From: an uncultured Deinococcaceae bacterium
Lineage (GTDB): Bacteria > Deinococcota > Deinococci > Deinococcales > Deinococcaceae
Direction: 5' to 3'
Assembly: GCA_964252075.1 (NCBI GenBank)
Contig: CAXULY010000071.1
Location: forward strand, 1 to 18,211
Length of the DNA stretch: 18,211 nt
Position numbers and translations under genes: made by a program. The notes below the pieces were generated by a model, which made no database searches, was not told the origin of the DNA, and was given only the letters and a program-made list of their open reading frames with translations. Each line of letters opens with the position of its first letter. Positions within the stretch are counted from its first letter, which is position 1. Shown here in pieces: positions 1 through 7,682 of this stretch.

Positions 1-191
1 GGCATCATGAGGTCCAGCACGATCAGGTCGGGCCGACCCCAGCGCGCCCCCGCGAGGTGACGGAGGGCCTCCTCAGCGCTGGTGGCGGTGGTGATGACCG
101 CCGGGTGCTGCAGGCGCCCGAACGCGTCTTGTGCCAGCAGGAGGTCGAGGGGCTCATCATCCACGACGAGGATTTGGAGGGGGCGGTTCAT
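1..191 (-). CDS. Response regulator receiver-domain protein, N-terminal part (runs off the window edge)
   Basis: Manual translation from ATG at 191: MNRPLQILVVDDEPLDLLLAQDAF...EEALRHL...RPDLIVLDLMMP. This shows the acidic DD pocket and the PDLIVLD phospho-acceptor motif. Absent from the ORF track because it is truncated. Confidence 0.92.
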   Translation of the reverse strand, partial: MNRPLQILVVDDEPLDLLLAQDAFGRLQHPAVITTATSAEEALRHLAGARWGRPDLIVLDLMM

Positions 192-408
192 GACCGGCCC
201 CTGGGGTTGTGTCGGGGGAGCATCGCTGCCCCCTTTCCGCTCGCGCGAAGGAAGCGCGGACAAAGGTCACTGTAGGCGCTTGAAGCGAGACGAACAGGTC
301 AGAAACGGGAATCATGGCGTTGGATCCACATCACGGCCGAGTGCGCTTTCCCGCTCACGGCGAGGGGTGGAGCCCCGCGCCGCACCATGAATGATCAAGC
401 GGGTCTGA

Positions 409-512
409 TCACAGGAAGAAGCTGAGCCCGCGCAGGACGCTCAACAGCGCGCCAAACACCACGCACGTGAACGCAGCAGAAGCCATCGCATGTGGCGGTC
501 CTGGTGGTTCAT
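409..512 (-). other. Possible small single-pass membrane peptide (25 aa from ATG 486, or ~34 aa from ATG 512 with a 1-nt frameshift)
   Basis: Hydrophobic tail AFTCVVFGALLSVLRGLSFFL* with mostly G/C-ending codons. No RBS or recognisable homology. Confidence 0.25.
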
Positions 513-774
513 CAGGAGCGCCGAACACGCATCGGCAGGCCAATCGTGAGTCGCTCTGCGCCCAAACCTGACGAAAGGACTGGACACGCTGAGTCTGAGG
601 CATCCGCCGCCTGCAAATCGCGCTCGTGGCAGGGCGTCTTGCTCCAGTCCACTTCGCAACCCACGCGCACCGACCACACGGCCGCCCGTGCCCTCGAAGC
701 CGACCGTTGGGTCGGCGAAGCATTCAGGAGGCATCACCCCTGAACGCGTTTGAAGATTGCCCCGCGCTTCCCAG

Positions 775-780
775 TACGCT
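775..780 (+). promoter_or_regulatory. -10 box TACGCT of a leaderless promoter for the DUF429 gene
   Basis: TACGCT-GCATTC-ATG(787): TAnnnT 6 nt before the start codon, with no Shine-Dalgarno. Confidence 0.65.
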
Positions 781-786
781 GCATTC

Positions 787-1542
787 ATGCCTGCCTTCCA
801 CTCGCTCGGTGTCGATCTGGCCTCACAACCCAAGGACACCGCCGTGTGTCTGCTCGAATGGGGCGATCACAGTGCTTGCATTCAAGAGCTCGGACGCAAG
901 TACGACGATGCCCGCTTGGTCCAGCTCGCCAGTGTCGTCCAGGCGGTCGGGATCGACGCACCGTTCGGATGGCCGCGCGCGTTTGTGGATGCCGTCGTCG
1001 GCGCCGGAACCTTCGCGTGGCCACACCCGCCCGGCTGGCCGGACACCCTGCGGGACCGACTGAGGTACCGGCGCACCGACCTGCACCTGAAGTCGCTGCC
1101 CGAGAAGTTGCAACCGCTCAGCGTCTCCAGCGAACTGCTCGGTGTGACGGCGATGCGGTGCGCGGGGCTCCTGCAGGGACTCGGGGTGCAGGACCGGAGT
1201 GGACAAGCTGGGATTTTCGAGGTGTATCCCGAGGCGAGTCTGCGCCGCTGGGGCCTCAAGACGAAAGGCTACAAGAACAAGGAAAACGCGCACTTGCGGG
1301 CGCAGCTTCTGTAAGGCGCACCCTGGCTGCACGTTACAGAAGCTCAGACGACCGCCCTCACCAGTTCGGATCATCTGCTGGATGCGCTGATCGCCAGTTT
1401 GACCGCGCGGGCCGCCGCTCAGGGACTCGTCGACCCCATTCCCGAGGCTGATCGCGACCTCGCCCGCGTGGAAGGCTGGATCGTGCTGCCCCATGCGGAC
1501 GCGCTCGCTCTGGGACTTCGGCTGCATGCGGCCGGTGCGTAA
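787..1542 (+). pseudogene. DUF429-family (predicted RNase H-like nuclease) gene interrupted by an in-frame TAA at 1312-1314
   Basis: Motifs GVDLAS, VGIDAPFGWP, RRTD and FEVYPEASL lie before the stop. The same frame continues after it with DHLLDALIASLTARAA...ARVEGWIVLP to TAA at 1540-1542. Confidence 0.85.
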
Positions 1543-1600
1543 CTGGCGTGTGTCCGAAGGTGGGGCGGCACAGATCAATGAGAAGCCCTCTGCAACATGA

Positions 1601-1981
1601 AGGGCAAAGGCGGTAAGCGCGCCGCCCGGCCGCACGAAGACCTGGCAGGACGCCTGGGCGGTCATCGAGCAGAGCCACATCAGCGCGCTGGACGTCGGGG
1701 TGGGTGTGCGCCCCGTGATCAAGGATGGGTTCGTGAGCGTCGCGGACCCGAAGGTGGCGCCTTATGCGGCCTTCCCGAACTCGGTGATCGCGCTGCAGCG
1801 GGCGGGGCAGCCGCTCGTGGCGGTATTCTACCAGCGGCAACTCACCCCGCAGACGCTCGGCTCTGGGGTGAACCGCCTGTACCTGCGCCACCACCCGTTC
1901 GGGGGCTATGCCATGCTGGCGATCGACAACAGCAAAGGGACCGTCACCGCCTACCCGAAGGCCGACTGGCCCGCCCGCTGA
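1601..1981 (+). pseudogene. Hypothetical protein, probably a 5'-truncated fragment (ORF track 1700..1981)
   Basis: The frame is open and coding-like (G/C-ending codons) from just after TGA 1598-1600: ...TKTWQDAWAVIEQSHISALDVGVGVRPVIKDGF...DWPAR*. No convincing start or RBS. Family not recognised. Confidence 0.45.
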
Positions 1982-2010
1982 ACATAGGGTTTGACCCGCT
2001 GCGACTCCCG

Positions 2011-2630
2011 CTACCGGCCGTCGACGTTCAGAAGGGCCTCCCCACTCATGACGCTGGCGAGCGCGATGACTTCCTTCTCCACCGAGGCGACCGAACCAGT
2101 GAAGCCGCTTGGTCCACGGCTGCCCTCGAACCACGGCACCCACAGCACGGAGACCGGCGCGCGCAGGACCGGCGGGTCGAAGGACGAGAACAGCGCCTCC
2201 GCCCACCTGTGGTACTTGCGGCTCGGCGGTCGGTACGCCTCGAAGCCGAACAGCGCGTGACTCAGGTCGCCCACGTGGTAATCGAGGTTGTACCCCCAGC
2301 GCGCGAAGAAGCCGTGGTTCGTGCGGATGTTCCGCAGGTTCGCGCTCAGCGCGTGCGTGATGCCGCGCCGCTCCGCCTTCCCCACGTACAGGGGCGTGAA
2401 GGCCGCTCGCGTGCCCATGCCCATCAGGTAGATCAAGCCGGTCCAGGTGTCGTCCTGCAGCCGGACTCCACCAAGTCGATCACCGCCTGGTCGAAGGCCG
2501 CGGAGCGCGTGAGGCTGCGGCGTTCTCCTTTGCCCCGCTGGTGCGTGATGACCTGCAGTCCCTCCGTCTCGAAGAGCGGGGCGAAGCGCGCGTGCGGTTG
2601 GCCGTCCAGCCACGCCTGCAGCGTGCTCAT
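2011..2630 (-). pseudogene. GIY-YIG-like nuclease gene B, with a 1-nt frameshift near 2461-2463
   Basis: ORF 2433..2630 (MSTLQAWL...IDLVESG) joins ORF 2011..2613 (LQDDTWTGLIYLMG...PLYVGKAE...RW...VEKEVIALA...LLN) if one base is added in TCC-GG-CTG, giving ~206 aa. Its start overlaps the upstream stop (ATGA). Confidence 0.75.
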
Positions 2631-3118
2631 CGCCCCTGCCCTTCGCTGTTCAGCAGGCGCAGGGGGTACGCGTCGGCGGCGAGGCCGACGAGTTGGTACT
2701 CCACCGCGCCGATGCTCAAAGGGAAGTTCGGGATGGGGGCGTGCCGCACATCGCCCACCACGAACAAGGTGAGGTCGAAGCGCACCTGCTCGTGTCCTTC
2801 GCGCAGGAGGCGCTTGCGCCAGCGGGCGTAGCTCCCCTCACCAAGGGCGAGGCCCCTGAGGTGCTGTGCCCAGCGCTTGAGGGGTTCCTTGGACTTCCCG
2901 ATGTAGGCGGGGGTGTCGTCGCCCTCGCGGCGCTCCATCAGGACGTACACGTACTCCGGGGCGCCCTGCTGCCCGGTGAGGCTCGCGATGCGCGCAAAGA
3001 CCGAGCGCGCTTGGATGACGTCCCCGGCGAGGGCGAGGGGGAGACTGAAGTTCACGTGCGCGGCGAGCCAGGCCTCGAACAACGCGCGTTTCTGCAGGGC
3101 GTCCGCCTGAAGGGTCAC
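2627..3118 (-). CDS. GIY-YIG nuclease family protein A (163 aa)
   Basis: EYVYVL...AYIGKS...KRWAQH...VEYQLV...LLN matches the GIY/YIG/R/E/N pattern. GTG at 3118 is preceded by TGC-GACAAT and 6 nt. The N-terminal extension in the ORF track looks non-coding. Confidence 0.8.
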   Translation of the reverse strand: MTLQADALQKRALFEAWLAAHVNFSLPLALAGDVIQARSVFARIASLTGQQGAPEYVYVLMERREGDDTPAYIGKSKEPLKRWAQHLRGLALGEGSYARWRKRLLREGHEQVRFDLTLFVVGDVRHAPIPNFPLSIGAVEYQLVGLAADAYPLRLLNSEGQGR

Positions 3119-3124
3119 CCGCCC

Positions 3125-3133
3125 ATTGTCGCA
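3125..3133 (-). promoter_or_regulatory. Extended -10-like element (TGC-GACAAT) for leaderless transcription of the GIY-YIG pair
   Basis: Minus strand reads TGCGACAAT-GGGCGG-GTG. The first base of the hexamer deviates from consensus. Confidence 0.45.
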
Positions 3134-3499
3134 GGGCCTATGGCATGCTGCAGGCGTGAACGGGACGCTGGTAATCGTGCCGTGTGGGCAGCGCAAGGTG
3201 TGGCACGCCCGCCCGGACCTGGGGGCGGTGGGGCGCGTGACGCGTACACGCCTGGGCGGTGCTGAGCGCCAAGTACGGCGGCCATCCAGGTGGGGAGTTT
3301 CGTCGCGCGCTGCCTCAGTTTCGCGATGGAGACGCCCTTTCACTCTGGCGGGCGAGGACGTCTCAGTCAGCATTTCTGTTTGAAATTCACCGAAACCAGC
3401 GCCCACTGGAGAACGCGAGGCGTGTGTGACGGTGGTCAGGGTGCGCCCTGTCCCTTCGCTCCTTGTGTGCAGGACCAGCGCCATAGACGGAGACCCATC

Positions 3500-3546
3500 A
3501 AAAAGGCGTCAGGACGACCGCAGCGATTTGGTGGTCCTGACGCCTT
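3500..3546 (-). terminator. Intrinsic terminator downstream of the integrase
   Basis: Perfect 13-bp inverted repeat AAGGCGTCAGGAC (3503-3515) / GTCCTGACGCCTT (3534-3546), with an A-run at 3500-3504 (U-tract on minus), 13 nt after the integrase stop. Confidence 0.8.
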
Positions 3547-3559
3547 CGGACTGAGTGGC

Positions 3560-4549
3560 TTACGCGACCTTGCGTTTCCTGGGCTTCGCTTGATTCACCT
3601 GCAGCTTGAGGGGTTTTGGCTTCATGAGCTGAACGAGGTCCAGGGTGTGCCGCTCGTGCTCCTCCGCGTACACGTGCCGGTAAATGTCCACCGTCGTGCT
3701 GGGGCGCGAGTGCCCGAGCTTCTCGCTCACCACCTCCAGCGGCACGCCCTGCTGCATCATCAGGCTCGCGTACGTGTGCCGCAGGTCGTGGAAACGCATA
3801 TTCCCCAGTCCCGCCTCTTTCCCCAGGCGCTTCGCCAGCTTCGAGAGGGAGTCCGGGTACAGCCGCCGCCCCCACTGGTTCGTGAACACAAACCCGGTGT
3901 CCTCCCGCGGTTGGCGCTCCTCTGTCTGTTGCGATCGGTGCCGTTTAAGCAGCTCGACCGTCTCTGGCGCGAGGTGCAGGGTGAGCCGCCCTGCTTCGGT
4001 CTTCGGCGCGCCCGTCGTCACCTTGCCGTTCGCGAGCGTCACGTTCTCCCGCACGAACAGCACGCCATTCTCGAGGTCCACGTGCTCCCATTTCAGGGCG
4101 CAGATCTCCCCGCGACGCAATCCCGTCAAGGCCGCGAAGATGAACAGCGACGCCAGGCGGAGTGAGGCCGCGGTGGAAAGAAAGCGCTGCATCTCCTGTG
4201 TGGTGAGGGCCCGCGCCCGGCGTCGCGCCTTGCGCCTCGAGGGCCGCACCCGCGCGGCGGGATTCGCGCTGATGACGCCCTGGTCCGTGGCCTCCTGCAG
4301 CGCCTGACTGAGGATGACGCGCACCTGGTGCAGCAGGGAGTTCGAGTACCCCTGCCCCGAGAGGTGCGCGTAGAAATCGTGGATGGTCGTGGGCGTGACG
4401 CACTCGACGTCAAGCAGTCCCAGGGTCGGCAGGATGTGCTTGTGCAGCAGGTGCTGGTAGTTCGCGTGCGTCTTGTCGGTGAGTTGCGCCTGCTTGTTCA
4501 GCAGCCAACCCGAGAGCCAGTCGGCCATGGAGATTGAAGTACTCTTCAT
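3560..4549 (-). CDS. Tyrosine recombinase/integrase (ICE/phage-type catalytic domain, 329 aa)
   Basis: Complete catalytic set: TGLRRGE, APKT, FHDLRHT, LGHS and DIYRH. SAM-like core-binding N-terminal region. Strong RBS GGAGGAGG before ATG 4549. Confidence 0.95.
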   Translation of the reverse strand: MKSTSISMADWLSGWLLNKQAQLTDKTHANYQHLLHKHILPTLGLLDVECVTPTTIHDFYAHLSGQGYSNSLLHQVRVILSQALQEATDQGVISANPAARVRPSRRKARRRARALTTQEMQRFLSTAASLRLASLFIFAALTGLRRGEICALKWEHVDLENGVLFVRENVTLANGKVTTGAPKTEAGRLTLHLAPETVELLKRHRSQQTEERQPREDTGFVFTNQWGRRLYPDSLSKLAKRLGKEAGLGNMRFHDLRHTYASLMMQQGVPLEVVSEKLGHSRPSTTVDIYRHVYAEEHERHTLDLVQLMKPKPLKLQVNQAKPRKRKVA

Positions 4550-4787
4550 GCTGTTTTCCTCCTCCTGGACAGCGTTCCCGCTGCCCGGTGGATGGATGTT
4601 TGCTCTCACGCCAACGGATAGCGAGTCGAGACGCGCAGGTCTAGACGCGGTTCAATACGCTGTCCAATTGCAGCCTCTGAAACGCGGGAGCGGCCCAGCC
4701 ATCGCATGAAGAAGCCGAGGTCGCGCGGCGTTCCTCGAAGGCCTCAGGGCCCAGCGCAAGTCGCACGCGCGCCAAGCCCTGCCGTTC

Positions 4788-4793
4788 TACACT
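4788..4793 (+). promoter_or_regulatory. -10 box TACACT, predicting a transcription start at ~4800-4801
   Basis: TAnnnT hexamer with the same spacing as other promoters in the window, but followed by a structured RNA instead of a start codon. No clear -35. Confidence 0.6.
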
Positions 4794-4800
4794 GAGGGTC

Positions 4801-4892
4801 GCGGCTCGTCCGTGGGACTCTGGCGTGACTTCCGAGACACCCCTCTGAAGGTTGACCCTTGCCGTCACGCCGCCACTCCCCGGACGCACCGC
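4801..4892 (+). ncRNA. Candidate structured ncRNA or leader (Y-RNA-like long stem-loop) upstream of the helical+vWA gene
   Basis: Nested helices: GCGG 4801-4804/CCGC 4889-4892; CGTCCG 4807-4812/CGGACG 4881-4886; bulged T4813; GGGA 4814-4817/TCCC 4877-4880; GGCGTGAC 4822-4829/GTCACGCC 4864-4871. The apical domain 4830-4863 has small hairpins. It begins at the predicted TSS. Confidence 0.55.
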
Positions 4893-4910
4893 CACCCGCA
4901 GAAAGGTCGC

Positions 4911-6314
4911 ATGCTCGCCCAGGACCGCGTCACCCGCGAAGACCTCACCTTGTTCCTGAACGCCTGCTTCGCCTGCACCGGCCAGCGGGAGTTCTACAGC
5001 ACTGCCGAGGACCAGCAGGTGTCCGTGGCGTTCCTGCACGCCTACGTGATGGGCAACTACCGCCGCCTGTACGCCCGCGCGCTGGCCGCCGGGGTGAACG
5101 ACTTCAACAAGGCGGAAATGATCCGCAACCTGCTCGCCAGCGGCCGACAGACGCCCCCTGACTTCCGCGAGGAGGAGAGCGCCCTGCTGACGGCGGCGCT
5201 GCGCTCCCTCCCGCCGCAGCGGGCCTGGAAGCTGCTGGCGCGCCTGCGGCAGGAGCGCGTGAACAACCGCCGCACGCGCGCCGTGGTGCGCGACTTCGTG
5301 CGGGGGCAGCGGGACCTGCCGTTTCAGGCGGTGAAGTACCGCCGCGCGGTGCGCGCCGCGGCCATCCACACGCACCTGCCCCTCGGTGGGGAGCTGCCCG
5401 CCTTCCTGTTTGGCGCGTGGGGGCGGCGGACCTTCACCACACCGCTGTTCGAGCGCTTTCGGCGGGCGCGGCACAGCCACGAGGCCCTGTACGACCTGCC
5501 GTTCACGGTGGCGGAGGGGCTGGCCGCCCAGCACGGCGTGCCGCGCGAGGTGTTCCTCGCGCGCATCACCCCGAAGCTCACGGAGCGCGAGCGCCTGCGC
5601 CTGCAGCGTGGGGGCCAGGTGGAGCTGCGGCCCGAGCGGCTCCCACTGACGGCCCTGGCCAGTTACGTGCTGTCGCGGCCGCTCAGTGAACGCGCAGCCC
5701 AACGCGACTCGCTCAGCGCGTGGTTGGACGCCGCGGCGTCCGCGGCGCTCACCCGGCACGGACCGCTGCCCCTGCCGCCCGGTTCGGTGGCGGCGGTGCT
5801 GGACAACTCGTACTCCGCGTCCGGCTCGCGCGCCAAGCGCCTGCGGCCCCTGGCGGTCGCGTTCGCGGCCCATCACCTGCTGCGCGCCGCGCGCGTTCCC
5901 TACCGGGCCTTCTGGACCCACCCGCCCGAAGAGGACCTGCTGGTCACGCCGCGCGGCCAGACCAACCTCGCCGAGCGGCTGCTCGATGCCCTGGAGTGGG
6001 GCGCGCGGACCGTGCTCGTCGTGTCGGACGGCGTGGAGAACGACCCGCCGGGCGTGTTCCCCGAGGTGCTTCGCGCGGCGCGGCGGGTCGCGGGCGACGT
6101 GACGGTGCTGCACTTCAACCCGGTGTTCGACCCGGACCTGCTGAGTGTCCGCGGCCTCAGTCCGAACCTCCCCACCATCGGGCTGCGGGACGCCGAGGAC
6201 CTCCCCACGGCGCTCGGCTTCGCGCGCTTCGCCGCCGGGCAGGCCAGTTTGACGGACCTGGAAACCTACCTGGGCGGGCGCGTGCGGGCCCTCCTCAATG
6301 CGGTGACCGGGTGA
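4911..6314 (+). CDS. Helical N-terminal domain + vWA domain protein (Ro60/TROVE-like architecture, 467 aa)
   Basis: C-terminal vWA with full MIDAS: AAVLDNSYS (DxSxS), GQTNL (T), VLVVSDGVEN (D). Arg-rich, helix-like N-terminal ~280 aa. RBS GAAAGGT before ATG 4911. The vWA call is firm; the TROVE relationship is inferred. Confidence 0.8.
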   Translation: MLAQDRVTREDLTLFLNACFACTGQREFYSTAEDQQVSVAFLHAYVMGNYRRLYARALAAGVNDFNKAEMIRNLLASGRQTPPDFREEESALLTAALRSLPPQRAWKLLARLRQERVNNRRTRAVVRDFVRGQRDLPFQAVKYRRAVRAAAIHTHLPLGGELPAFLFGAWGRRTFTTPLFERFRRARHSHEALYDLPFTVAEGLAAQHGVPREVFLARITPKLTERERLRLQRGGQVELRPERLPLTALASYVLSRPLSERAAQRDSLSAWLDAAASAALTRHGPLPLPPGSVAAVLDNSYSASGSRAKRLRPLAVAFAAHHLLRAARVPYRAFWTHPPEEDLLVTPRGQTNLAERLLDALEWGARTVLVVSDGVENDPPGVFPEVLRAARRVAGDVTVLHFNPVFDPDLLSVRGLSPNLPTIGLRDAEDLPTALGFARFAAGQASLTDLETYLGGRVRALLNAVTG

Positions 6315-7453
6315 GCGTGTCTCTGACGGGGCTCACGGTCGCGCCCGCCCAGGTGCGCGGTGCGTTTCGCCTGGTGCCCCTGCTGCGCGTCAACGCCTGC
6401 CGGGACGTGCGGCTGACCGCGCGCCCATACCACGAGGACCTCGCGCAGGTGGACCTGCACGACGGCACGGCGTACTGGGCGTTCGTGCCGCACGCGCTGG
6501 TCCTCGACTGGGGTGGGGAGCGCCGGGCGACGATGGGTGGGCAGGTGCGGCGTGCGGACGGCCAGCGCAAGGACCTCGGCTGGCTCAGCGTCCGGCACCT
6601 GGACAAGATGGCGAAACGCGAGGGGCGGTCGTCCTTGCGGTTCCTGCCGTTGCACACCGCCATGGAGGGCTTCCTCGCCCTGCACTTCGGCGGGCCGCGC
6701 ATCGCCTGGCCGGAGTACTCCACGGCCGCGCTGCGTGACGGTCTGGGCTCGCGCTCCGAGCGCGCCGTGTCGGGTCGCCTGCTGTCCGGCTTCGAGGACG
6801 CCCTGCGGACCTTCGAGATTCACGATGGGCAGGTGGGGGTGCTGGTGTTCGTGGCGGACACCCTGGCCTCCGCCTTCGTGCTGCCGAACCCCGAGGACTA
6901 CCGTCAGCTGCACCGGACGCTCCTGGAGGACTTCTACGGGGAGCTGATCGCGCGGTACGCCCTGCTGTACCCCGAGACGCCCCTGGTGCAGGCCGCTTTC
7001 GAAGCGGGTGACGCACGAAGCCTTGCGGACGTGCGGGAGGCGCTGGTGGACGTGCGGGCGCGCTGGGCGGCCTTCACGCGGGACGTGATGCTCGCCGACC
7101 TGATCGACCGCCCGGTCTCCAGGCAGCGGGTGTACCAGCCGGGCCAGCTGACGCTGGAACGCTTCATGACGGACCTCGACCCGGGCCGTCCGAACCACAT
7201 CGGGGAACGCCTGGTGCGAGAGGACGGGGAGGTGCTGTACCTCAAGACCTTCTTGCTCTCCGCGGCGCAGGTCCGGCGGGCGCACCTGCTGGGTCAGTTG
7301 GCGGCGCACGAGTGGCACCTGGGCGACACGGCGGCGGCACTCAATACGACCATTCCGGACCTGGTGCGGCGCATCGAGGGCGCTGGGTTCGGTGACCTGC
7401 TGAAGGCGGGCGTGCGGCAGGACGCGGAGCGAGCGCGAAGACAACCGAGGTGA
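6311..7453 (+). CDS. ARPP-2-like domain protein with C-terminal Fis-like HTH (380 aa)
   Basis: GTGA overlap with the vWA stop. N-terminus LTGLTVAPAQVRGAFRLVPLLR and motifs FLPLHTAMEGFLALHFGGP and LHRTLLEDFYGEL, which I recall from the ARPP-2 family (unverified). The tail LLGQLAAHEWHLGDTAAALNTTIPDLVRRI fits a Fis-type HTH. Confidence 0.75.
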   Translation: MSVSLTGLTVAPAQVRGAFRLVPLLRVNACRDVRLTARPYHEDLAQVDLHDGTAYWAFVPHALVLDWGGERRATMGGQVRRADGQRKDLGWLSVRHLDKMAKREGRSSLRFLPLHTAMEGFLALHFGGPRIAWPEYSTAALRDGLGSRSERAVSGRLLSGFEDALRTFEIHDGQVGVLVFVADTLASAFVLPNPEDYRQLHRTLLEDFYGELIARYALLYPETPLVQAAFEAGDARSLADVREALVDVRARWAAFTRDVMLADLIDRPVSRQRVYQPGQLTLERFMTDLDPGRPNHIGERLVREDGEVLYLKTFLLSAAQVRRAHLLGQLAAHEWHLGDTAAALNTTIPDLVRRIEGAGFGDLLKAGVRQDAERARRQPR

Positions 7454-7682
7454 AGGTGGATGGTCGTGGTGCGGAAGGACGCGGGGAGGGAAACGCGAGG
7501 GGGACACGGGCCAGACCCCCAGCACCGAAGGCGGAAGCGGGCCAGGTTGAGGTCCCCCATGTCCGTCTGGTTCGGCGCCGGGAGGTGGGCTTTCGACCTT
7601 CCGAACGGTTGGGTCGGGTGAAAGAGAAGAGGCTCCCGGCGGTTCAGCGTGCCGTGCAGGTCCTTGGTCAAGGGTTCCGCCA

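Noticed and set aside
1597..2772. 391-aa + strand ORF, and similar long ORFs such as 4641..6113, 6266..7525, 13419..14924, 14233..15846 and 16854..18038
   Set aside because: Arg/Gly/Pro-rich shadow frames overlapping well-supported genes, as expected in high-GC DNA with few stop codons.
3249..3257. CGCCTGGGC resembling the 3' element of a ZTP riboswitch
   Set aside because: No upstream GACTGGCG/GGGGAG elements and no downstream + strand gene.
3295..3372. Minus-strand CTGACTGAG...GAAAC resembling a hammerhead core; + strand GCGATGGAG resembling a fluoride riboswitch
   Set aside because: Spacing does not fit CUGAnGA with the required stems, and the fluoride stem and pseudoknot partners are absent.
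4795..4859. Alternative pairing AGGGTCG/TGACCCT, and a ZTP-like look of the 4801 RNA
   Set aside because: The 5' arm lies upstream of the predicted TSS, it conflicts with the longer 22-bp nested fold, and no CGCCTGGG follows.
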